This document shows, in pieces, positions 52,366 to 64,000 of a DNA stretch of 64,000 nucleotides. This stretch comes from Octopus bimaculoides (lineage: Eukaryota): contig NC_068998.1 in assembly GCF_001194135.2 (NCBI RefSeq), positions 33,894,316 through 33,958,315 of the forward strand, written 5' to 3'. The position numbers and the translations under genes were made by a program. The notes below the pieces were generated by a model, which did not search any database, had not been told where the DNA came from, and saw nothing but the letters and a program-made list of their open reading frames with translations. Position 1 is the first letter of the stretch. Every line of letters starts with the position of its first letter.

Positions 52366-52621
52366 CAGTGGTTCTCAAGAGGATTCATGTGGCCTTTTGG
52401 GGTCCATACAAGATTTTGCTGTTAAAATTTAGGTGCAAGAAATTGGTTGTACTAATGCAATACGCAAAGTATTTTAATAATTAAAAAAAAATACAAATAC
52501 TAATAATATTTAATTATAAAAATATAATATGGTTTTTTAGATATTGAAGGGCTAAGAAGGTTCGTTTGAGTAAAATAGGTATCAAAAGGGTCCATAAGTA
52601 AGAAATAGTTGAGAAACACTG
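52366..52621. mobile_element. hAT/Charlie-type MITE, same family as 11387-11625
   Basis: TIRs cagtggttctcaa / ttgagaaacactg; degenerate 8-bp TSD gtttagct / gcttaacc; internal gggtccata motifs shared. Confidence 0.8.
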
Positions 52622-52779
52622 GCTTAACCCTACACCAGTTCTGATTGATCTTCATCAAAGGAATTCCAACCAACGTCATTTTTACCAAGCATTGTATATT
52701 ATTTAATGTATACACTTTAACTCTTAAACTAGTTTCAACTCAAGGGCTGTGGCCATGCTGGGACCACCATTTTTTTAAA

Positions 52780-53570
52780 GACAGCAAGTTATAGTCCAAA
52801 GGAGATTAAGCTGTCTTCTCTTAGTGCAGCAGGTGACAGTGATAGTTAGTTTTAAAGATATTTGAAATTTTGTTACTGTTATTTAGCAACATTCCAGCCC
52901 TTTAATGACAGTTGACTTCTCTTACACATGTTGTATAACACAAATTGATTTGTTGCTTATACTTCAGTTGAGTGATGCAAAAATTACTGGACTGCAATCT
53001 GAGACTTCTAATAATAGTGAACTGGCTGAATAGGAACAAATTCTAGAACAGAACTGGCCTTACTCTGTGTCTTACACAACACTTATCCAGGCAGTTCTAT
53101 TTAATGACCATGAAGTTGTTGTTTCACAGGCAATGAGGTAACAAATTATTAATTATATACATGAATGGCATTTAAATTGCTCAATGTGTGTAATGGGAGC
53201 AACAGAATTACTGTATTGATCTGGAATGTTGGCAGATATCATTGCATTATCTACCAGCTGGGATACCTGTATTGAATATCAAAGAAATCAGAAAAAGGAA
53301 AAACTTGAATCACTGTTGGAATTACTCTGGCCAGCTGTGGGGCAAATTTGCTTTAGAACAAAACCTTTCAGCTTTTTTTGTTGTTCCTGTGGTTAATCAC
53401 AGTGGATTCATTGAATATAGTAAACTGCTAGATTTAAAAATCCAAGCAGCTGTAAAACATTATAAATCTCAATTTGTGAGACAATATTTGAGTGAAATTT
53501 GTGAAAAATAATGGGCTGCAATTTAACAAGTTGTTTGAAGAATTCTCAAGCATATCACACTTTGAGTAAA
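52780..53570 (+). pseudogene. pol: Decayed Gypsy integrase-region fragment (second family, no LTRs seen)
   Basis: VVSQAMR*QIINYIHEWHL...LLY*SGMLADI...DTCIEYQRNQKKE (H2C2 zinc finger), then SGFIEYSKL...HYKSQFVR...NNGLQF (integrase core). Confidence 0.72.
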
Positions 53571-53780
53571 GAAATATGATCAGAATTTTAAAACAACTTT
53601 TAATAAAAGCCATTTAGGCTGCAGGAATATACCTATTTCAGGTATGGCTGTGTGGATTTAAAAGTTTTCCTTACATCATACAGCACCTAGGGCAAGTAAC
53701 CTACAATAACCCAGGGCTGATCAAAGCTTTGGTTTTGTGAACAGAAACTGTAGGTCCATTCTAAATACACACACAGGCAT

Positions 53781-54150
53781 GATGGTCATCCACTCGTGAC
53801 CGAGGAAGACCATTGCCGACCTTCAGGAACATTGTGCACTCTAGGACTAACTTATATTTTGCATTTGTGGCTCCGTTGGTGGCTAATGAGCCCTGCTCTT
53901 GACAAGCATACACAACTGCAAACATTGCAGATTAAGCTTTCCCCATTCACTATATGAGCCGTGCGTTTTCGCGCAGCTCGCTTAAGTTCTTCATGCTGGA
54001 TACGTGCTCTCTCAAAAGTGTCGATCCCCTCCTTAACCTGCTTTCTCCATCCATGGCGATGACAGGCATTGTTCTCCCAGTAAGTGTCCTGCATATCACA
54101 GGCCTTTAATGAAGACTTGACACAGTTCTTAAAGCGCAGCTAGAAACCCA
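53781..54150 (-). mobile_element. 5'-truncated RTE LINE with perfect 12-bp TSD, inserted in a SINE tail
   Basis: LRFKNCVKSSLKACD...WRKQVKEG...CNVCSCVCLSRAGLISHQRSH (C-terminal C2H2 finger); TSD acacacaggcat at 53769-53780 and 54151-54162. Confidence 0.9.
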
Positions 54151-54183
54151 ACACACAGGCATACACTTATACATACATACATG

Positions 54184-54225
<42 letters not shown>

Positions 54226-54434
54226 CATAAATATACAGGGATTAGCAATTGAGTTGCTTCTCCAACATACTGAAAATTTAGAAATAGCAGTCAAAGAACT
54301 ACTGATTCTAAACTACAAATTTTTCTCTAAAACGGATGGCGATATTTATGGCACACAGATTGGAATAGTGAAATTTTCATTCACTTAACCATGAAACGAT
54401 TCGTATCCAATTAACTAAAGACTTGGTTTGTTTA

Positions 54435-55421
54435 NNNNNNNNNNNNNNNNNNNNNNNNNNNNNNNNNNNNNNNNNNNNNNNNNNNNNNNNNNNNNNNNNN
54501 NNNNNNNNNNNNNNNNNNNNNNNNNNNNNNNNNNNNNNNNNNNNNNNNNNNNNNNNNNNNNNNNNNNNNNNNNNNNNNNNNNNNNNNNNNNNNNNNNNNN
54601 NNNNNNNNNNNNNNNNNNNNNNNNNNNNNNNNNNNNNNNNNNNNNNNNNNNNNNNNNNNNNNNNNNNNNNNNNNNNNNNNNNNNNNNNNNNNNNNNNNNN
54701 NNNNNNNNNNNNNNNNNNNNNNNNNNNNNNNNNNNNNNNNNNNNNNNNNNNNNNNNNNNNNNNNNNNNNNNNNNNNNNNNNNNNNNNNNNNNNNNNNNNN
54801 NNNNNNNNNNNNNNNNNNNNNNNNNNNNNNNNNNNNNNNNNNNNNNNNNNNNNNNNNNNNNNNNNNNNNNNNNNNNNNNNNNNNNNNNNNNNNNNNNNNN
54901 NNNNNNNNNNNNNNNNNNNNNNNNNNNNNNNNNNNNNNNNNNNNNNNNNNNNNNNNNNNNNNNNNNNNNNNNNNNNNNNNNNNNNNNNNNNNNNNNNNNN
55001 NNNNNNNNNNNNNNNNNNNNNNNNNNNNNNNNNNNNNNNNNNNNNNNNNNNNNNNNNNNNNNNNNNNNNNNNNNNNNNNNNNNNNNNNNNNNNNNNNNNN
55101 NNNNNNNNNNNNNNNNNNNNNNNNNNNNNNNNNNNNNNNNNNNNNNNNNNNNNNNNNNNNNNNNNNNNNNNNNNNNNNNNNNNNNNNNNNNNNNNNNNNN
55201 NNNNNNNNNNNNNNNNNNNNNNNNNNNNNNNNNNNNNNNNNNNNNNNNNNNNNNNNNNNNNNNNNNNNNNNNNNNNNNNNNNNNNNNNNNNNNNNNNNNN
55301 NNNNNNNNNNNNNNNNNNNNNNNNNNNNNNNNNNNNNNNNNNNNNNNNNNNNNNNNNNNNNNNNNNNNNNNNNNNNNNNNNNNNNNNNNNNNNNNNNNNN
55401 NNNNNNNNNNNNNNNNNNNNN
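54435..55421. other. Assembly gap
   Basis: N run. Confidence 1.
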
Positions 55422-55485
<64 letters not shown>

Positions 55486-55973
55486 GTATATAATACCTAG
55501 TATGAAACAAACATTATTTAAAACAGAATGAATACTGATGAACACAAGAAATTACATAATGTATGACTTAATCCGCAATATTGTGTTATGCTTTACATTC
55601 AACAAAGATTCTCAGCAATAGAATTATTGCAAAATTGAAAACCATTTGTTTCATCTCTTACTACTGTTGCTTCAAGGCATAACAAACATTCTCCTGTTTG
55701 TAGAATTCTAGTAAACAATTGGAATAGTGAATTACAAATCAGCAGTAAGTGGTCTTCATCACTGCTTTAAAACTGATAATGGATTGCTTCACTGTAAGCT
55801 CTGCATGATTCTGTCAAGCCTATTGGTGATGTACTATAAGTTTGTATGCCTTGATTCTATATGAATCCTATATAACCATAAGGTATATATATTACAAAAA
55901 AGACAAAAGACAAAGACAGGTGTAGAAACAACAAACAGGTATATTAGTTTAAAACTCAGGAAGGAGAGAAAGT

Positions 55974-56009
55974 CTTTTATGTTTCAAGCCTATGCTCTTC
56001 AGCAGAAAG
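55974..56009 (-). ncRNA. Minimal hammerhead-like motif, variant core CUG(C/U)UGA (degenerate copy)
   Basis: CTTT CTGCTGA A GAGC ATAG GCTT GAAA C AT A AAAG; differs from the family consensus by transitions, mainly at CpG sites. Confidence 0.5.
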
Positions 56010-56097
56010 GAACACGAGAAAATAAACAGAAAGAGAATAAAAAGAAGCTTTAGCGGTTAGTGGTCAATCATGGTGGCTGGCTGGACAGAGGTGGTCC

Positions 56098-56860
56098 ACA
56101 ACACAACACACAACACATCACCACACCACACCACCACACCACATCACACTACCCTGCACACACTAGAACTGACCACTTCCCAGCACCCATACTGCAACAC
56201 ACACCACCACACCACAACCCACCCCTACACATCCCACCCCTATCATCCCAATACATCCCAATCCCATCACCCCACCCCTACACATCCCACTCCTACATAT
56301 CTCAACCCTACAACNNNNNNNNNNNNNNNNNNNNNNNNNNNNNNNNNNNNNNNNNNNNNNNNNNNNNNNNNNNNNNNNNNNNNNNNNNNNNNNNNNNNNN
56401 NNNNNNNNNNNNNNNNNNNNNNNNNNNNNNNNNNNNNNNNNNNNNNNNNNNNNNNNNNNNNNNNNNNNNNNNNNNNNNNNNNNNNNNNNNNNNNNNNNNN
56501 NNNNNNNNNNNNNNNNNNNNNNNNNNNNNNNNNNNNNNNNNNNNNNNNNNNNNNNNGCCACACCACACCACACCACATGCCACCACACCACACCGCATAC
56601 CACCACACCACATCACACCACAACACACCACACCACACATCACCATACCACACATCACCACACCACCACACCACACCACCACACCACACCACCACACCAC
56701 AACAACACACTACCACACCACACATCACTACACCACACTACAACAACACACAACACATCACCATACACCACTACACCACTACACCACACCATGCCACACC
56801 ATACCACATGACATCACACCACATCACATCACCCTGCACACACTAGCACTGACCACTTCC
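56098..56860. repeat. Degenerate (CAC/CACCA)n tandem repeat with an internal gap (56315-56556)
   Basis: Direct reading; includes a duplicated unit ccctgcacacactag(a/c)actgaccacttcccagcacccac near 56152 and 56832. Confidence 0.9.
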
Positions 56861-57097
56861 CAGCACCCACACCATTATCCAAACACCTACACATGCACAC
56901 ATCCAAACATCAAGGTCACTAGCCCCTATCCACACACTTTCACATACACATGCATGCGCACCTTCATTTTGGGATCACCACTACTTTATTATCTCCCATT
57001 CTTTCTAGCTCTCCTGTCTGACCACCTCTGTTCAGCCAGCCATCATGATTGACCACTAAAGCTTTTTTATTCTCTCATTGTTTATTTTCTTGTGTTC

Positions 57098-57133
57098 CTT
57101 TCTGTTGAAGAGTGTAGGCTCGAAAGATAAAAG
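57098..57133 (+). ncRNA. Minimal hammerhead-like motif, variant core CUGUUGA (degenerate copy)
   Basis: CTTT CTGTTGA A GAGT GTAG GCTC GAAA GAT A AAAG; further copies at 57621-57656 and 58827-58862. Confidence 0.5.
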
Positions 57134-57826
57134 ACTTTCTCATCTTCCCGAGCATTAAACTAATACACTTGTTTGTTGTTTGTATACCTGTCTTCATCTT
57201 TTGTTTTCTTGTAAATTCCAAATATATATGTATATATATAATCCAAGAGAGTTAGGGGTTGAGGATCCAACCCACTAAGGGATAATATATATCCAATATA
57301 CTGCTGGTGGGGGGTACCCAATTATTGTTACACTAGTGTTATACCAAGTGCAATAAGTGGGTGCGGGTAATTTTTGTTTTTTTAACCTAAATTTATATTT
57401 AGCAATAAGAAAATGGAGGGGAATATGATGTACTCATCAACTTGCAGAAACTGTATTCCATTGATTAATCTGTTTATTTTATAACCAAAATGACAATAAA
57501 GACAATATACAGACACTTATGACATACCATATCATATCAACAATTAAGCAATTGGTATACACACACACATATATCTACATACATATATACATACATATAT
57601 ATATATATATTCTCTCATTCGTTTCTGTTGAAGAGCATAGGATCAAGACGTAAAGGACTTTTTCATTTTCCTGAGTGTCAAACTCATACACTTGTTTGTT
57701 GTTCATACACCTGTCTTCACCTTTTGTTTTTATATAAATTTCAACTATATATTATACACTTACATGGTTACTCTAGCTTGATTCTGACTGAACTTCCTAT
57801 TCTTTGGACTTGAATATCTGAACCAC

Positions 57827-58551
57827 NNNNNNNNNNNNNNNNNNNNNNNNNNNNNNNNNNNNNNNNNNNNNNNNNNNNNNNNNNNNNNNNNNNNNNNNNN
57901 NNNNNNNNNNNNNNNNNNNNNNNNNNNNNNNNNNNNNNNNNNNNNNNNNNNNNNNNNNNNNNNNNNNNNNNNNNNNNNNNNNNNNNNNNNNNNNNNNNNN
58001 NNNNNNNNNNNNNNNNNNNNNNNNNNNNNNNNNNNNNNNNNNNNNNNNNNNNNNNNNNNNNNNNNNNNNNNNNNNNNNNNNNNNNNNNNNNNNNNNNNNN
58101 NNNNNNNNNNNNNNNNNNNNNNNNNNNNNNNNNNNNNNNNNNNNNNNNNNNNNNNNNNNNNNNNNNNNNNNNNNNNNNNNNNNNNNNNNNNNNNNNNNNN
58201 NNNNNNNNNNNNNNNNNNNNNNNNNNNNNNNNNNNNNNNNNNNNNNNNNNNNNNNNNNNNNNNNNNNNNNNNNNNNNNNNNNNNNNNNNNNNNNNNNNNN
58301 NNNNNNNNNNNNNNNNNNNNNNNNNNNNNNNNNNNNNNNNNNNNNNNNNNNNNNNNNNNNNNNNNNNNNNNNNNNNNNNNNNNNNNNNNNNNNNNNNNNN
58401 NNNNNNNNNNNNNNNNNNNNNNNNNNNNNNNNNNNNNNNNNNNNNNNNNNNNNNNNNNNNNNNNNNNNNNNNNNNNNNNNNNNNNNNNNNNNNNNNNNNN
58501 NNNNNNNNNNNNNNNNNNNNNNNNNNNNNNNNNNNNNNNNNNNNNNNNNNN
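57827..58551. other. Assembly gap
   Basis: N run. Confidence 1.
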
Positions 58552-58796
58552 GCTTGTGCGGGTGGCACATAAAAGACACCATTTTGAGCGTGGCCGTTTT
58601 CGTGCGGGTGACACGTAAAAGCACCCACCACACTCTCTGAGTGGTTGGCGTTAGGAAGGGCATCCAGCTGTAGAAACTCTGCCAAATTAGATTGTAGCCT
58701 GGTGTTGCCATCCGGTTTCACCAGTCCTCAGTCAAATCGTCCAACCCATGCTAGCATGGAAAGCGGACGTTAAACGATGATGATGATGATGATGAT
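58552..58796 (+). mobile_element. Young RTE-type 3' end with (GAT)n tail
   Basis: CpG-rich; gagtggttggcgttaggaagggcatccagctgtagaaac...cgtccaacccatgctagcatggaaagcggacgttaaacgatgatg. Confidence 0.85.
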
Positions 58797-59189
58797 TCAC
58801 ATATATATATATATATTCTCTCATTCGTTTCTGTTGAAGAGCATAGGATCAAGACGTAAAGGACTTTTTCATTTTCCTGAGTGTCAAACTCATACACTTG
58901 TTTGTTGTTCATACACCTGTCTTCACCTTTTGTTTTTATATAAATTTCAACTATATATTATACACTTACATGGTTACTCTAGCTTGATTCTGACTGAACT
59001 TCCTATTCTTTGGACTTGAATATCTGAACCACGTCCCAAAGTTCACCACCTCTCTTCATCCACATACCAGCACTCCATCTGGATTACTACTGGATCTACT
59101 GACTCTACCTTTGCAGATTTCACTGGATGTTTTCGTATATGTATACACACACACATACACACATACTGTGTTAATTACAGGGGTAAAAC

Positions 59190-59898
59190 ATTAGTATAAT
59201 TTATTACCAGTGGTTTGCATGTGTAATAAAAATCCTTAGAGAACATATTTTCATATATAAGTGTGTATAAAGATTTATACACAGAGAGAAGACCCTTGAC
59301 AGGACTTCTTACATGCTGAAAAAGGCAGTTAAACCCAAACCGTGGAAAAAATAATCCTAAAGGCACGCTGATAATGGCATTAGAATGAAAAAAAATTATT
59401 ATTAGTTAACACCATACTCAAGTTTCATTATTAATGAGCAAATAAATTAATTTTCCATCTGTAGTTTATCAGTGGGATCAATAAGACAATGCATAATTAT
59501 GTAGCTTAATATGTATCGAAAAACACATGTGAGCTGCATCTTTATACATTATGGATTCAAATCAAGCACACAAGTGCAGTCACATGGCCAGCAGCAAATA
59601 ATAAATCTAAACTGCATACTATATGGCCTCAGAATTAGGAAAATTTTACTGGGTAAATTATAAGGCTAAAAAATTAGTATAATTTATTACCAGTGGTTTG
59701 CATGCATAATAAAAGTCATAAGACAACATATTTTCATATATGAGAGTGTATAAAAATTTATACACAGAGAGAAGACCCTTGATGGGACTTCTTACATACA
59801 TGGTTTGGGTTTAACTGCTCATTTTAGCATGTAAGAAGTCCTGTCAAAGGTCTTCTCTCAGTGTATAAATCTTTATACACTCTTATATATGAAAATAT
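59190..59898. repeat. Local direct plus inverted triplication
   Basis: 59190-59314 repeats directly at 59673-59797; 59799-59898 is the reverse complement of about 59247-59344. Confidence 0.88.
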
Positions 59899-60679
59899 AC
59901 ATTCATATACACACACAAACACAAACGCATATAACAAAATAGAAATCTGGAAAATTTGGGGTATTATTTATTTACCATTACACATGCTTCAATTGTGCAT
60001 GTTGAATGAACATGTACAAAAATTTCCTATTAGAAATTCTTAAGATAGAGAATCAAATAATATTAATTGTTTCTCTATCTCTGCAAGTAATATTTTCAGA
60101 ATTTTCAACTCTAATATGTAGCTCACATCAAAACAATTATAACTACATACACTGGATTGTAATACTAGAATAAGGAAAATATGCTTCAAGGGGACACAGC
60201 CTGGATTTTTTTCATTCCCTATATAATGTGTGTGTGCGTGTGTGTGAGTGTGTGTGCATTTATGAGTTTGCATGAGAGTGTACTGTGTATGTGAGTGAGT
60301 ACATTTACATCTTTTTGTCTTGGGATAGTGTATTATAAATGAGCTTCACTGTCATCTAAGTATTTGTTGGCCATCTTCCATGAAATTACATCCAGCATTT
60401 GCTTTATTTGAATTTTGAAGGACTAGGGAAAAATTACTTTTCTTGGAAGCAGGTGAGAGTTGGTTACAGAGAGAGCATGCAGCTACAGAAGATCTACTGC
60501 AATAAATTCCATCTTATCCACTCAAGCCAGGAAAAGTAGACATAAAAAAGAAAGTGATAGTAAGACACTGCCACTAAAGATCTGGTGAAATGTAATGGAA
60601 ATACATTGGAAGATTGTTTGGCTCTGTTTATGCATGTTGTTGATGTAAAGCATGTTGTTAATGTAAATGTCATTGCCTC

Positions 60680-60845
60680 TAAGCTGGCAGAATAGTTAGC
60701 ACATCTGATAAAATGCATAGTGACATTTCTTCCTGGTTTCCTGAGTTTAAAATCAATCTTTCCAGGGTCAATAAAATGAATGCGTATAATCAACTAATCC
60801 TCTTTCACAAAACTTCAGACCTTGTGCCTAGAATTAAAAGGATTA
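60680..60845 (+). mobile_element. SINE family B (degenerate)
   Basis: aagctggcagaatagttagcac...ctgagtttaaaatc...cagaccttgtgcctagaatt. Confidence 0.7.
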
Positions 60846-61412
60846 TTAAAGTACAATGAATTATAACAGTCTGTGTAGTCTGAGAAAGAGGATTCTGCAA
60901 TTTCTTGCTGAACAACCTACACAGATGATTTTTTGTAGTGATCAAATGCTTGTGCTGTACTGCGTATTAGTTCACTCCCTCAAATAAATTGAATTGCCTG
61001 TACAAGTGCACCACACATTGGGTGTCAAAGTGCTGGTGGTGGAGCAACATGAAATGAGGTGTTTTGCTCAAGATTAAAATTCACCTGCTTGTTCCAGTAA
61101 TGAAACCATGATCTTGCAATTATGGGTGCAACGCCTTAACCACTAGGCCTTACCTGTATAGTGAATGCCAAATAATTATATATAAGAAAATATAATTAGT
61201 GTTGCAGTAAGATAGATTTACAGTGAAAATCTTTAGAGAGACTATTTAGAATTCACAATAGTCTTCAACAATGAGCTCCCTGCTGAGATATTAGAAGCGT
61301 ATTTTATTTTCCTCAGAACCAACATTTAATACATTTTCTATTTTAATAGCATAGCTTAATTGGGTGACATCAGCATTTTTTATGCACTATACACACACAC
61401 ACACACACACAC

Positions 61413-61465
<53 letters not shown>

Positions 61466-61644
61466 CCCCATGATGATACACACACACACGCACACACACA
61501 CACATACCCACTCACACACACATATACATATTTCGTTTTTGTATTTGATTCACCTCAGACACAATAATATATGTATACACACGCACACACACATACACAC
61601 ACACATGCACACACACACATACACAAACACATATATATAAATAA

Positions 61645-61687
<43 letters not shown>

Positions 61688-62499
61688 TGTACTCTTACAC
61701 ATGCACATGTATATAAACTCACTCATAATCAGACACATTTATTTACTATCCACATGTCATTTATAATTACACATGTCTACATGACTGTGTGTACATGTGT
61801 GAGTACGTCTGCATTTAAACTGTCAGGTATATAACACACCATTTTCAACAATATCTCATAATTAGGAAGAATTGATGACATTTAACAAAATCCAAAAAGC
61901 AAATATGGAGATGACAGATTTCTTTCAGAGATTCCATTAGTGATGTCTCTTGAAAAAGTTAGAAACCAATAAATATGTTTTCATTGCTCCAGATGTACTT
62001 ATTGCAGCCATTACCTCTCTCCCTCTCTCTCCTATCTCTCATTCTTTCCTCTTTACATTTCTTTCCTTTCTCTTTCTTGTCTCTCATTTCTTCTCTGTCT
62101 CTCAACCACTTCAGCAGATATTAATATTAAAATATTATAGCTGAATATTACACTATCTTGTTTGTATATTTCATGTCTATCAATATATTTATTGAAAATA
62201 ACATTTATCTCATTAGTGCTTTCAGTTCACAAAAAAGGAAAAATACAATATTAAATTCAAATAAGAATTGAATACAGATTGTTGATATTTGCTTTTTAGC
62301 TTTTTTCCTATTATGGTTTATATGTGAAGAAGAAAGGGAATGGTTCATCGTTTGTAGGAATCATTTTGAAGTAGAAGCAATTAAGGAATAAGCTTGATTC
62401 AATATGAAGTTCCCATATATTTAAAAGTGAATCGTTTTGGCTTTCTCAACTACTGAATTCATCTCATTTGTATTTCCATATAAATTATGATTTGCACTG

Positions 62500-62712
62500 T
62501 CCTCCTCTGCCTCCTCCTCTGCCTCCTCCTCTTCCCCCTCCTCTTCCTCCTCCTCTGCCTCCTCCACTTCCCCTCCTCTGCCTCCTCNNNNNNNNNNNNN
62601 NNNNNNNNNNNNNNNNNNNNNNNNNNNNNNNNNNNNNNNNNNNNNNNNNNNNNNNNNNNNNNNNNNNNNNNNNNNNNNNNNNNNNNNNNNNNNNNNNNNN
62701 NNNNNNNNNNNN

Positions 62713-62773
<61 letters not shown>
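62500..62773. repeat. (CCT)n and (ATC)n microsatellites around an assembly gap (62588-62712)
   Basis: Direct reading. Confidence 0.95.
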
Positions 62774-62774
<1 letters not shown>

Positions 62775-62820
62775 TCATTTGTAAGTCAATCTCAAAATTT
62801 TCCTGGCTGACATCTGTGAG

Positions 62821-64000
62821 ACCTTTTTGGTAGCAAATTCAATCAGATTCAATTTGCTCCTTATCACTCTTCAGAAGCAAAGTGGTGTGCCAAGTCTTGG
62901 CCAGGCATTCAGTAGCTGTTACTAGTGGTTGATAATCCACCCAAGTGGTATACTAATTAAAAGCCTACTGGTAGTCCAGCCACAGTTGAATTCCTGCTAA
63001 TTTTTACCGTTTTTTTCCCTGGATCATTTTGTTAATTAGTAGCTATTATATACAGCCCCACACTGTCTATCCTACAACTTGCTCAGGGGGTACAAAGATG
63101 CTGCAAGAATAGTTTGAGATACCCAGTGTATAATTTGTACATCTTGTTCTAGCAGGCTTTTGAGCAATAATTTTTAGCAAGGGTGGTTTGGCTATTTTGG
63201 GGGATAAGGAGAGTAGTTACTGTTGATAACCATTGGGTCAGTTCTTGTGTATCCTTGATACATTCTCTATACAACCAAATGAGATCTTACTCATAAGAGG
63301 TGAAATTATTCAGCCAGTAGCCTGTTATGAGGTCTAGGCCTGGGGATTTCCTGTTCAACATTTTCTGAATAACTGTTTCCAATATTTCACCATTTATTTC
63401 ATATTGCTTTTGTTAGGCATGCGGGTAATAGTCCTGGTCCAGTTTTTTTAGCCATACAGCTTGTTTGTTGAATTCATCATTTGTTTCCCATAAAGATCTC
63501 TAGTAGCCTTCAATCTGATCTTTTCTGTGGGTGTTTTTTACTGAGAATGAGCCTTTTACATTGAAATTGTGATAGGCTGACTTGGGTTATCTGGCAAATA
63601 TTTTATTGAGCCTTTACCATTTATATGCTATAGATATATATATATTTCAGTTTTTCAGCTAGTACAGCTTGGAGTTTATGTTTTTGAATCCTGTACCACC
63701 AAACTGCCTCCCTAGATTTTTCTGAGGTCTTCACGATGTTGTGTGAAGTTTTTCTCAGTGCAATATTTCATAACTACAACAATCTGTGCGATATTTCTGT
63801 GTAGAAAATAAAATTTTATTTCTTAAATTACATGTCTATACTAGTTCAAGTTTTGTGCTTGTATCCTGAGTGCATGGCTTCAGCTATTTGTAGTACATTA
63901 GTAATGTAATAGCTGAGATATATATCAAAAGGGTAAAGACTTTGTGGATTGTTCTCATACTTCTGGACTGTGGGGTCTTCAGATATTTGTTTGCTATTTT
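62821..64000 (-). mobile_element. R4/Dong-clade non-LTR retrotransposon fragment (RT N-terminal region), runs off the window
   Basis: QKMLNRKSPGLDLITGYWL...QWLSTVTTLLIPK...KNYCSKAC*NKMYKLYT...WGCI**LLINKMI...LWLDYQ*AFN...PLGWII...TWHTTL...ICYQKG; many stops. Confidence 0.85.

Larger units (their letters stand above)
55892..57214. mobile_element. Inverted pair of about 200-bp Penelope pseudo-LTR-like repeats enclosing a CAC-rich core
   Basis: 55892-56096 is the reverse complement of 57020-57214; both outer ends abut (TA)n; each arm carries a hammerhead-like motif. Confidence 0.75.
57611..59032 (+). repeat. 216-bp identical duplication across a gap (57611-57826 = 58817-59032)
   Basis: No differences seen by eye; the left copy ends at the gap 57827-58551. 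Confidence 0.92.

Noticed and set aside
54185-54388. DGDIYGTQIG as a possible Penelope RT remnant
   Set aside because: Lacks the GxxMGS motif; similarity too weak.
59314-59344. ctgaaaaaggcagttaaacccaaaccgt as a third hammerhead
   Set aside because: G8 and G12 are absent, there is no palindromic stem III or stem I, and the second copy diverges further.

Overview
AT-rich, microsatellite- and transposon-dense eukaryotic DNA with seven assembly gaps. The SINE/LINE landscape suggests a coleoid cephalopod, probably Octopus (inference from recalled repeat motifs, not a database result). No host gene can be called with confidence; only isolated exon-like candidates were seen, so the window is probably intronic or intergenic. 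Supported features: a complete but decayed Ty3/Gypsy LTR retrotransposon (6263-10449); an internally deleted Helitron with both candidate termini (34715-37963); hAT elements with 8-bp TSDs; several mariner/Tc1 remnants, including a foldback derivative and one split by nested SINEs; R4/Dong- and RTE-clade LINE fragments; and many tRNA-derived SINEs. The most unusual signal is two unrelated inverted-repeat elements next to (TA)n tracts (17201-17456 and 55892-57214). Each carries a minimal hammerhead-ribozyme-like motif of the Penelope-associated type with a non-canonical catalytic core. Their activity is untested. All coordinates, alignments and mismatch counts were done by eye.
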